DNA of 19,746 nt from Pseudomonadota bacterium. Its GTDB lineage: Bacteria; Bdellovibrionota_B; Oligoflexia; Oligoflexales; RGVZ01. The stretch lies in assembly GCA_041178085.1 (NCBI GenBank), contig JBEGVZ010000087.1, positions 1 through 19,746 on the forward strand, read 5' to 3'. This document shows positions 8,682 through 16,373 of the stretch, in pieces; within the stretch, counting starts at the first letter, position 1, and each line of letters opens with the position of its first letter. Under the pieces are notes generated by a model that worked only from the letters and a program-made list of their open reading frames with translations, ran no database searches and had not been told where the DNA came from. The position numbers were made by a program, and so were the translations under genes.

Positions 8682-9794
8682 ATGAACTTAACGGGGATCA
8701 ACCTCACCAGCGCAATCAGGAAGCTGCGTCCAAGGCGTTCTCGCCCACCTCGCGGCACGCCCCCTGGGACCGTGCGTGGTGTTCAAACAACCAGTCCGAC
8801 CAAAGTGGACGTCATGGCCTATGGTCACGCTGGTTTCATTGAGAAGAGTGAACCCGCAGATTCAGACATCCGGGAACTCCTCAAGTCCCACGAAGTCGTC
8901 TGGATCAACATCACCGGCTTGACCGACGTCGAACGCCTGAAAAGCGTGGGCAAGATCTTTGACCTTCACGCACTCGCCCTGGAAGACGCCACCAACCTTT
9001 ACCAGCGCCCAAAGATCGAAGATTACGGGCACTATTACTACGTGGTCGCACGCATGGCCGACGTGCAGCGGCAGGAAACGTCGCTCGAGCAATTCAGCCT
9101 TTTTTTCGGCAAGGGTTTCGTCCTGTGCATCCAGGAGCACCCCGGAGACTGCTTTGACCCGATCCGGGCGCGCATCCGCGGCGGCAAGACTTCCCTCTAT
9201 GCTCACGGATCTGACTACCTGGCTTCGGCCTTGCTGGACGCTGTGATCGACGACTTCTTCCCCCACGTGGAACGGATCGCCGACCGCCTTGAATTACTGG
9301 AAAACGAGATCATGAGCGCGCACGGCAAAGACACCGTGACGAAAATTTACGGCATGCGTCAGGAACTGCTGCAGATCCGCAGGGCGATTTGGCCGTTGCG
9401 CGACGCGCTCGGAATCATGCACCGCGAACAATCCCCGCTGGTGGACGCGGGTACCCGCTTTTACTTCCGGGACTGTTATGATCACACCGTACAGATCATC
9501 GATGCTTTGGAATCCTACCGCGATCTTGTCTCCAGCATGATGGAAATCTATCTGTCGAGCGTCAGCTACCGCCTGAACGACATCATGCGTACACTGACCG
9601 TGATCTCGACCCTGTTCATGCCTCTGAACCTCATCGCTGGAATTTACGGCATGAACTTCCACACTGAAAAGTCGCCCCTTAACATGCCAGAGCTGTCTTG
9701 GTACTACGGCTATCCATTCGCACTTGGGCTCATGGCGGCGCTGGTTCTTGTGCTGATGGTTCTTTTCCGTTGGCGTGGCTGGCTTAAAACATGA
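8682..9794 (+). CDS. corA: Magnesium/cobalt transporter CorA
   Basis: GxPPGT N-terminus, VWINITGL, LHALALED, QRPKIEDY, YFRDCYDH, the GIYGMNF signature, MPEL loop and two C-terminal TM helices. Confidence 0.96.
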   Translation: MNLTGINLTSAIRKLRPRRSRPPRGTPPGTVRGVQTTSPTKVDVMAYGHAGFIEKSEPADSDIRELLKSHEVVWINITGLTDVERLKSVGKIFDLHALALEDATNLYQRPKIEDYGHYYYVVARMADVQRQETSLEQFSLFFGKGFVLCIQEHPGDCFDPIRARIRGGKTSLYAHGSDYLASALLDAVIDDFFPHVERIADRLELLENEIMSAHGKDTVTKIYGMRQELLQIRRAIWPLRDALGIMHREQSPLVDAGTRFYFRDCYDHTVQIIDALESYRDLVSSMMEIYLSSVSYRLNDIMRTLTVISTLFMPLNLIAGIYGMNFHTEKSPLNMPELSWYYGYPFALGLMAALVLVLMVLFRWRGWLKT

Positions 9795-9818
9795 CCTGTC
9801 AAAGGTAGAGCCTGACCA

Positions 9819-11873
9819 ATGGCCAGATCCAGTCGACTGAATTTTGAGTTGCTGAAGGTTGCGCGCGGATCGCGGGCGCGGCTGACGCGGTTTCGTACCT
9901 TGCACAATGAAGTCACGACACCGATCTTCATGCCGGTCGGGACCTTTGCGACAGTCCGCACCCAGCCCCTCGATGTGCTGGATGAACTGGGCGCGCAGGT
10001 GCTGCTTGCCAACACTTTCCACTTGATGCTGCGCCCCGGGCCGGAACTGTTCCGCAAGTTTGGCGACATCCACCGCTTCATGCGCTGGCCCAAGTCGGTC
10101 CTGACAGACTCCGGCGGGTTCCAGATTTTCTGCCTGCCAGAAGCCCGCCAGATGACGGAGGAAGGCGCGCGTTTCCGTGCGTACACCGACAAGCGCGAAA
10201 TCCTGCTTACGCCAGAACTCAGCATCGAAATGCAGAAGACCATCGGTAGCGATATCATGATGGTCCTCGACGAATGCATCCCCAGCACCTCGCCCCACGA
10301 AGTGGCTCGCGCCGCCATGGAACGCACGCACCGCTGGGCAGCCCGCTCGCTCGCGGCCCGCGGGGAATCTCCCCAGTCGATGTTCGGCATTGTGCAAGGC
10401 GCCTGCTACCCGGATTTGCGACAGGAAAGTGCGCGCGTGCTGACCGACATGCCGTTTGACGGTTTCGCCATTGGCGGGCTTGCGGTCGGCGAGACTTCTG
10501 CGGAACGCGAGGACTCAACAGCAATCGTAACCGAATTCCTGCCACATGACTTGCCTCGCTACCTGATGGGCGTGGGCACGCCGCGCGATTTGCTGGAGGC
10601 AGTCCACCGCGGCGTGGACATGTTCGACTGCATCCTGCCGACATCGCTCGCGCAGCAGGGAGTTGTCTTTACCTGGAATGGCAAGATTGACCTGCGACGC
10701 GGACGTTACCGCATGGACGACGTTGAGCTTGATCCAGATTGCCACTGCAACGTCTGCCGCAACTACAGCGTGGCCTACCTGCACCACCTGCAACGGGTGA
10801 AGGAACCCCTGGCCTGGCAATTGCTGGCCACCCACAACCTTACTTTTTACATGAAGCTGATGGCGGGCATGCGCGCAGCGATTGCTGAAGACCGCTTCCT
10901 TGAATTTTACCAGCAGCACCGCGAAAACCTTGGGCGTTCGGACGGCCTTGATCCACCGAAGCGCAAACCGGCGCACAAGAAAAGCAAGCCGCCGCCCCGC
11001 CAGCTGGGTCGCTTCGAAGTGATCGAACGTCAGATGGAAACTGGTGACGGTCAGCAATGCGCGCAGGGCAGCATCCGCGACCTGGCTTCGGGCGAAGTGA
11101 TGCACTCTGTGAACGACCCGCAAGAAGAAGCTAGGCGCTTGTACATCGAGCAATCCGGTCTGCCCGCGCTGATGCAGGAAAACACCACCGAACCTCTGGT
11201 CGTGTGGGATGTCGGACTGGGCGCAGGCTTTAACGCCATGGCGCTGATCCGCGCCTACGAGGAACTCGTGGAACAGGGAACGACCCTTCGTCCGCTGCAT
11301 CTTTGCAGCTTCGAAATCGACCTTGATCCGCTGCGTCTTGCCATAAGCAATCCATGGCTTTTCCCTCACGCGCGCCACCCAGGACCGCACCTGATCGCAA
11401 GTGACCGCGTCTGGCAGTCAAAAAAACTTCCTGTGAAGTGGCAGCTTTTCGAAGGTGACTTCCTTGCGGAACTCGACCATGCGCCAGCGCCACGCGTCAT
11501 CTTCCACGATCCGTTTTCGACCAAGGTCGATGGCCCCTTGTGGCACCTTGAATGCTTCAAAAGGATCCATGGCGCCGCCACCGGCGAGGACTGCATGATG
11601 CTGACGTATTCGCGCAGCACGGCCATTCGTTCGGCCATGCTTGCCGCAGGGTTTTACGTAGGTGCCGGACTCCCTTCAGGTCCCAAACCGGAAACCACGA
11701 TCGCGGCAAAACGGGGCTCGGATATCACCCGCTGTGGCCGTCCGTTGCTGGGTGCCGACTGGCTGGCCCGCTGGGAACGCAGCCAAGCCCGCTTCCCGGC
11801 TGACATAACATCCGAAAAGTTCACGGAATTTGAGGGGTTGATCAGGACGCACCCGCAGCTCTATGATCATTGA
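9819..11873 (+). CDS. tgt: tRNA-guanine transglycosylase fused to a C-terminal MnmC/MnmD-type SAM methyltransferase (684 aa)
   Basis: Tgt part: TPIFMPVGT, NTFHL, DSGGFQ, LDEC, IVQG, GGLAVGE, RYLMGVG, DMFDC and Zn site CHCNVC...H. After a Lys/Pro linker (~10941-11005) comes the methyltransferase part: MHS, DVGLGAGFN, SFE, IFHDPFS...LW, TYSRSTAIRSAMLAAGF, GPKPE. Confidence 0.93.
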   Translation: MARSSRLNFELLKVARGSRARLTRFRTLHNEVTTPIFMPVGTFATVRTQPLDVLDELGAQVLLANTFHLMLRPGPELFRKFGDIHRFMRWPKSVLTDSGGFQIFCLPEARQMTEEGARFRAYTDKREILLTPELSIEMQKTIGSDIMMVLDECIPSTSPHEVARAAMERTHRWAARSLAARGESPQSMFGIVQGACYPDLRQESARVLTDMPFDGFAIGGLAVGETSAEREDSTAIVTEFLPHDLPRYLMGVGTPRDLLEAVHRGVDMFDCILPTSLAQQGVVFTWNGKIDLRRGRYRMDDVELDPDCHCNVCRNYSVAYLHHLQRVKEPLAWQLLATHNLTFYMKLMAGMRAAIAEDRFLEFYQQHRENLGRSDGLDPPKRKPAHKKSKPPPRQLGRFEVIERQMETGDGQQCAQGSIRDLASGEVMHSVNDPQEEARRLYIEQSGLPALMQENTTEPLVVWDVGLGAGFNAMALIRAYEELVEQGTTLRPLHLCSFEIDLDPLRLAISNPWLFPHARHPGPHLIASDRVWQSKKLPVKWQLFEGDFLAELDHAPAPRVIFHDPFSTKVDGPLWHLECFKRIHGAATGEDCMMLTYSRSTAIRSAMLAAGFYVGAGLPSGPKPETTIAAKRGSDITRCGRPLLGADWLARWERSQARFPADITSEKFTEFEGLIRTHPQLYDH

Positions 11874-13196
11874 ATGTCCACTCTGATTGTCGAAGCGCTC
11901 GTCATCCTGGTCCTGATCGCCTGTAATGGCGTACTCGCCATGTCTGAAATCGCCGTCATTTCGGCGCGCAAAGCGCGCCTGCAGCAGATGATCCAGAAAG
12001 GATCCCATCGCGCCCAGGTGGCGCTGGATCTTGCCAACACCCCGACTTCTTTCCTTGCCAGCGTGCAAATCGGGATCACGATGATCGGCATCCTGGCCGG
12101 TGCGTTCGGGGGCGCTACGATCGCAGAAGAATTGGCTCCGTTCCTAAAGGCAGGCGCAACCCCGGATGGAATTATCCACGGTTATGCCGAAGAAATCGCC
12201 TTCGGGATTGTGGTGGTGACCATCTCGATCTTGTCACTTGTTCTGGGTGAACTCGTCCCGAAACGCATGGGCCTCAACCACCCGGAAAGCATCGCCGTCA
12301 ACGTCGCGCTGCCCCTGAAGTTTTTTGCACGCGGCACTAAACCCCTCGTCCGCGCCTTGTCATGGTCGACTGACCGGATCCTCACCCTGCTTGGAGCCAA
12401 CCAGGTCGCCCGCGATGAAGTCACGGAAGAAGAAGTGAAGCTGATGATCGAGCAGGGAGCCGCCGCCGGGGTCTTCCAAAAGGAAGAAGAATCGATCATG
12501 AAACGGGCCCTCCGCCTTGGCGACCGCCGCGTGGATGAGTTGATGACGCCGCGGCTCAAGATCGTCATGCTGGACCTTGCCGATTCTTTTGAAGACAACA
12601 TGCGCAAAATGATGGCCAGCCCCCACTCTTACTTTCCTGTTTATGAAGCCAACCCGGACCAGGTAACCGGGCTCGTTTCGGTGAAGCAGCTCTGGCAAGT
12701 ACTGGCATCCGGTAAACGCCCGGAATTGCGCCGGATGTTGATCGACCCGCTTTTCGTGATGGAAACGACGCCATCACTCAAGGTCCTTGAGATGTTCAAA
12801 TCATCGGGAAAACACCTTGCGATCGTGATCGATGAATATGGCGGCACGGCAGGGATCATCACCCTGATCGATGTCCTCGAGGCTATCGTTGGCGACATCC
12901 CGGACGACGAGGCTAAAAGCGAGAAATCGGCCGTCAAACGCAAAGACGGAACCTGGCTGGTTGAAGGCATGATCGGAACCCAGGACATGAAGGAGCTTTT
13001 TCAAATCCATGCTTTGCCGCATGAAAAAGACGGTGGCTACCAGACCCTGGGCGGCATGATCATGATGTGTATCGGGCGGATCCCGCGAGAGACAGACGTG
13101 GTATTATGGCAGGGCTGGCGTTTTGAAGTCATCGACATGGACGGTCACCGGGTCGACAAGGTCCTGGTTACGCCGCCCGACCGGAGCAAGTCGTGA
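11874..13196 (+). CDS. HlyC/CorC (CNNM, CorB/TlyC-like) family protein: DUF21 + CBS pair + CorC_HlyC
   Basis: NGVLAMSEIAVISARKARL, VQIGIT, VLGELVPK, MTPR, HSYFPVY, VIDEYGGTAGIITLIDVLEAIVGDIPD, YQTLGG, MDGHRVDKV. Confidence 0.94.
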   Translation: MSTLIVEALVILVLIACNGVLAMSEIAVISARKARLQQMIQKGSHRAQVALDLANTPTSFLASVQIGITMIGILAGAFGGATIAEELAPFLKAGATPDGIIHGYAEEIAFGIVVVTISILSLVLGELVPKRMGLNHPESIAVNVALPLKFFARGTKPLVRALSWSTDRILTLLGANQVARDEVTEEEVKLMIEQGAAAGVFQKEEESIMKRALRLGDRRVDELMTPRLKIVMLDLADSFEDNMRKMMASPHSYFPVYEANPDQVTGLVSVKQLWQVLASGKRPELRRMLIDPLFVMETTPSLKVLEMFKSSGKHLAIVIDEYGGTAGIITLIDVLEAIVGDIPDDEAKSEKSAVKRKDGTWLVEGMIGTQDMKELFQIHALPHEKDGGYQTLGGMIMMCIGRIPRETDVVLWQGWRFEVIDMDGHRVDKVLVTPPDRSKS

Positions 13197-14572
13197 TGCG
13201 CAAGATCCAAGAATTGGCAGGTTTTTCTGCGTCTGGTGTTTCGCTGGCTGGCATCGCTCTTGCCAGTGTTCTGGGCCTTGCCTTTGCGTGTTCACCTAAG
13301 GGTTCAAACGACTCAAATTCGGCAAGCCTTGCGGACATGGCGGGCTCAGTCAAAAGCCGCACCGGCAGCCAGGCTGACATGGCCAACTGGACCGTGATGT
13401 CCCTGGAACGCCAGACAAATTTCGGGCGTTCCGATTTGATCAGCGAAAGCGGCACCTTCATGCTGACCAATGTCCGGAGCGACCGCCCCAGAACCATTGC
13501 CTTGCTGTCTCCAGATCATCTGTTGAGGTCTGTCCTGTCCATTCCGACCAGTAGCCTGGAATTCATCAACCAGTATTTCCTTGGCACTCCGAGTCAACTT
13601 CCACCCCTGTTTGAACGCGGGCCCATCATGATCTTCGGTTCACTCGAGGGGATCACACCGTTTGATGACAGGATCAAAAGTGACAAGAAAAACGGCGTGC
13701 CGAATGCAGCCTATGGCGACAACGGCTACGGCCTGATCGACAACAGCTCTAATGTCGACTTGACTGGATTGCCCGCAGTTTTCAACCCGGACCGGAATGC
13801 CAACGGCAAGCTCGATATTTTTGAAACCGATGTCGATAGCGATGGCAATGGCGATGCCTCACAGGGTACGGGCCCCAACTACTTCAGTGAGGGACTCGAT
13901 TACGCTGCCGTACAATACGAACTCTCTACCGCCACTGGTGGAACCTCGACTGCCCAGGTGACCTTCGTCGCAAAGGTAAAGGCCGGGCTTGACGTGAAGG
14001 ACGTCAAGATTCACGGTTCGTCCACTCTGACCAGCGGGTCAACCACCCTGGTCGACGGAAACTCAACGGCGTGGGACCTGACGCTGGCGGATGACGGCAA
14101 GAGCGATGACGGCGTTGCTGCGGACGGCATTTTTGCCCGCCGCGTTACCTTGCAGAACGCCACGGCGCTGAAGGGCTACGAAGTGATCCTGTTTGAGCCC
14201 CGCCGTGCTGACGGTGCAGAGAATCCGGGAGCCCAACCCATTGCCGGAAGTAAATTTATCGTGACGGCGCCGCCGGTTTCGCTGAGCGCACTCAGTGCGC
14301 CCCTGTGGGATCCGGTAACCCGCACCGTGAACCGTGTCGGCAGCCCATTTGGTACGGTGACGGACTACACATGGTCAGTGACCGTTTTTGACGCCAATAA
14401 CCGCCCCGTTTACAGCTCAGCAGCAATCGCCGGGTCAGAGGACACCGTCGTTCTACCCGACAATGCCTTTGATACCATCGGCACATTTACCGCCAAGGTC
14501 ACAGCCAAGTGCCAGGAGCAGGTACCCGGTTATTCATTTTTTGTCGTGACCAGCCCAAAGGTGTCCCTCTGA
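13196..14572 (+). CDS. Lipoprotein with Asp/Gly Ca-binding-type loops and a choice-of-anchor-X-like motif
   Basis: ATG overlaps the upstream stop (TGATG). Lipobox LAFA|C. DRNANGKLD and DVDSDGNGD at 13790-13855; LADDGKSDDGVAADGIF at 14084-14134; beta-rich C-terminus. Confidence 0.75.
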   Translation: MRKIQELAGFSASGVSLAGIALASVLGLAFACSPKGSNDSNSASLADMAGSVKSRTGSQADMANWTVMSLERQTNFGRSDLISESGTFMLTNVRSDRPRTIALLSPDHLLRSVLSIPTSSLEFINQYFLGTPSQLPPLFERGPIMIFGSLEGITPFDDRIKSDKKNGVPNAAYGDNGYGLIDNSSNVDLTGLPAVFNPDRNANGKLDIFETDVDSDGNGDASQGTGPNYFSEGLDYAAVQYELSTATGGTSTAQVTFVAKVKAGLDVKDVKIHGSSTLTSGSTTLVDGNSTAWDLTLADDGKSDDGVAADGIFARRVTLQNATALKGYEVILFEPRRADGAENPGAQPIAGSKFIVTAPPVSLSALSAPLWDPVTRTVNRVGSPFGTVTDYTWSVTVFDANNRPVYSSAAIAGSEDTVVLPDNAFDTIGTFTAKVTAKCQEQVPGYSFFVVTSPKVSL

Positions 14573-14583
14573 TCAAAAGAGGG

Positions 14584-14614
14584 TTGCCGGCCTCGCCCCA
14601 TGGGGCTATAACTT
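14584..14614 (+). promoter_or_regulatory. Candidate sigma70 promoter with a palindrome in the spacer
   Basis: TTGCCG (14584-89), 17 nt, TATAAC (14607-12). A perfect palindrome GCCCCATGGGGC lies at 14595-14606. Confidence 0.4.
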
Positions 14615-14666
14615 CCTGAAAAGATCGAACAATTGATTTGCAGAAAACTCAACCGGGAGCCCTGAC

Positions 14667-15314
14667 ATGTTTGCTAAACGCATTATGGCCGTCGCCACTG
14701 CCGCTGCTGCCATTTCCCTCGCGTCCACCAGCCTGTTCGCCGCCGAGCTGACCGTCGGCTCACTGGCCTTCAGTTCCCAGAAGATCAAAGCTGACAAGAC
14801 GGATGCCGGGTCCAAATCCGTGTTTGGTGTGAACGGCCGCTACCATGACACCCTCAGCCAGACCATGAGCTGGTACGCCATTGGTGGCATCAAGGCCAAC
14901 AGCTACTCTTCGGGGGCCAGCGGCCTTGCCCCGGACAACTCCATGGGCATCATTGTCGGCGGCGGTGCCCGCTACTACTTCAGCCCCTTCAGCCCCAGCG
15001 CAGTGCCTTTCGGCTTCATCGGCGGGTCGTTCAACGTCGACTCCGATGCTACCTTTGACGGCAATGGTTACACGGAAACTACCAAGAACGGCATCTACCA
15101 TAGCGCGGGACTCGGCCTGCGAATGGCGCTCGATGAAATGCTGTTTTTCGAACTGGAGTCGGCATTCTACGAGACCCCCCTCTATGCAGTTGAGAAGACC
15201 ACCAGCGTCACAGCCGCAGGAGAGAGCAAGTCCGAAAGGACCACCATGCAGCTCTTCGCCCAGACGTTCGGGCCGTTCAACAATGTGTTTTTGAGCTTAG
15301 GGGTTCGCCTCTAG
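14667..15314 (+). CDS. Outer-membrane beta-barrel protein (about 8 strands, OmpA/OmpW-like size)
   Basis: GGGAG RBS; signal peptide ..SLFA|AE; amphipathic strands (VFGVNGRY, VGGGARYYF, PFGFIGGSF, AGLGLRM); C-terminal strand VFLSLGVRL. Confidence 0.8.
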   Translation: MFAKRIMAVATAAAAISLASTSLFAAELTVGSLAFSSQKIKADKTDAGSKSVFGVNGRYHDTLSQTMSWYAIGGIKANSYSSGASGLAPDNSMGIIVGGGARYYFSPFSPSAVPFGFIGGSFNVDSDATFDGNGYTETTKNGIYHSAGLGLRMALDEMLFFELESAFYETPLYAVEKTTSVTAAGESKSERTTMQLFAQTFGPFNNVFLSLGVRL

Positions 15315-15340
15315 AACTGCTCTACTTGGCTGCGCCTCAC
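15312..15340 (+). repeat. Terminal inverted repeat at the transposase 3' end
   Basis: TAGAACTGCTCTACTTGGCTGCGCCTCAC versus the reverse complement of the other end, TAAAACTGCTCTCCATCCCTGCGCCTGAC. Confidence 0.8.
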
Positions 15341-16278
15341 GCGCTGAGTGACATACATTCGAGAGGCCAGACCCGCCATTGAGCCGGACTGGCCTCTCGT
15401 GGCCTCCCCTCTATCTCCTCCCGCATTTCGATCCTCGTATTATGGGCGCACACGTAAAGATCCAGCCGGCACTGCAGCCGGTCGATTCGTTTGTTGGTGC
15501 ACCACGTCCGGCGAGCCAGGCACTTCAAGTTGTCTCGCACCATGGCGCAGGTCTGATTCAAGGAAAACAGGGGGTCTCTGCCACCGGCCTTGAGTTCTCC
15601 CAGGCCGACCACACATCCACGGCGTCCCTTAAACGTCTTGTGCACAGCCGTGGGCAAATGCTTCTTCACAAGATCCGGATACCGGGGGCACTGGTCCGAT
15701 TTAACAATAAGACCGGGCTTTGCGACTCCGGCGATATCCCGTAAAACCGCAGATAAAGCTGACTTTCTGTCGTCTCTTCGCTTGCCGTAGCGGCGGCGGG
15801 AAATCTTTGCCAGCCGCCCCTTCGCCGGCATGCTGGCGGCCTTCAGGCGCAAAATTATCCGTGTTGGCTCCTGGACGGCCGCGGCAATCGCGACGGGTTT
15901 GCATTTGGTGTGTTCAGAGGTTTCCATCTCGTCAAAATCAGCAGTTTCAACCGAGCATTTCATACGGAAAAGCCTCCGATTCTGATCAGAATTCGCAAAC
16001 TTAGCCATGAGGACAAGTTTTCTGGCGACGGTGATCTGCGTGGTGGCACAAAGAAGCGCGATGCGGCGCTGCGAAACGCCGGAAACAATCAAATTGAAGA
16101 TGGGACGGTGAAGATCAGGTCGCCTCTGACGGGCATTCAGGGTGCCATTGGTTTGCGAGAACCAGACGTGACATTTTTTGCAGAGGAATCGCTGGCTCCT
16201 TCCGCCGGGGATGGTCCGATGAGGAAAAAAACCTTTTCTTATGGCGCACTTGGAACTTCTGCACTTCGGGCACTCCAT
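15337..16278 (-). CDS. IS1-like single-ORF transposase (Zn ribbon + HTH + DDE-type fold, D-D-N)
   Basis: CPKC...CKKC Zn ribbon; HTH GVSQRRIALLCATTQITVARK; FDEME and KSDQ acidic motifs. LNQTCAMVRDNLKCLARRTWCTNK aligns by eye with the IS1 InsB segment [30 protein letters not shown] RBS. Confidence 0.85.
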   Translation of the reverse strand: MECPKCRSSKCAIRKGFFPHRTIPGGRSQRFLCKKCHVWFSQTNGTLNARQRRPDLHRPIFNLIVSGVSQRRIALLCATTQITVARKLVLMAKFANSDQNRRLFRMKCSVETADFDEMETSEHTKCKPVAIAAAVQEPTRIILRLKAASMPAKGRLAKISRRRYGKRRDDRKSALSAVLRDIAGVAKPGLIVKSDQCPRYPDLVKKHLPTAVHKTFKGRRGCVVGLGELKAGGRDPLFSLNQTCAMVRDNLKCLARRTWCTNKRIDRLQCRLDLYVCAHNTRIEMREEIEGRPREASPAQWRVWPLECMSLSA

Positions 16279-16344
16279 GGCTCTCCCCCTTTAGAAGGAA
16301 GCACAATGGACCGGAGCTAAACGGGGGATGAAGTGACATCCGAA

Positions 16345-16373
16345 GTCAGGCGCAGGGATGGAGAGCAGTTTTA
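16345..16373 (-). repeat. Terminal inverted repeat at the transposase 5' end
   Basis: GTCAGGCGCAGGGATGGAGAGCAGTTTTA is the inverted counterpart of 15312-15340. Confidence 0.8.

Larger units (their letters stand above)
15312..16373 (-). mobile_element. IS1-like insertion sequence, about 1.06 kb, with imperfect TIRs and apparent TA flanks
   Basis: A transposase is bracketed by inverted repeats at 15312-15340 and 16345-16373 that are 23/29 identical. Confidence 0.8.

Noticed and set aside
9294..10397. 367-aa minus-strand ORF (also 9710-10390 and 10515-11390)
   Set aside because: Antisense shadows of corA and tgt, expected from GC-rich codon bias; no recognisable motifs.
15312..15340. IS ends as dif/Xer or integron attC sites
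   Set aside because: There is a 6-nt variable centre, but no TTATGTTAAAT-like XerD arm, no matched attC core pair and no tyrosine recombinase nearby.
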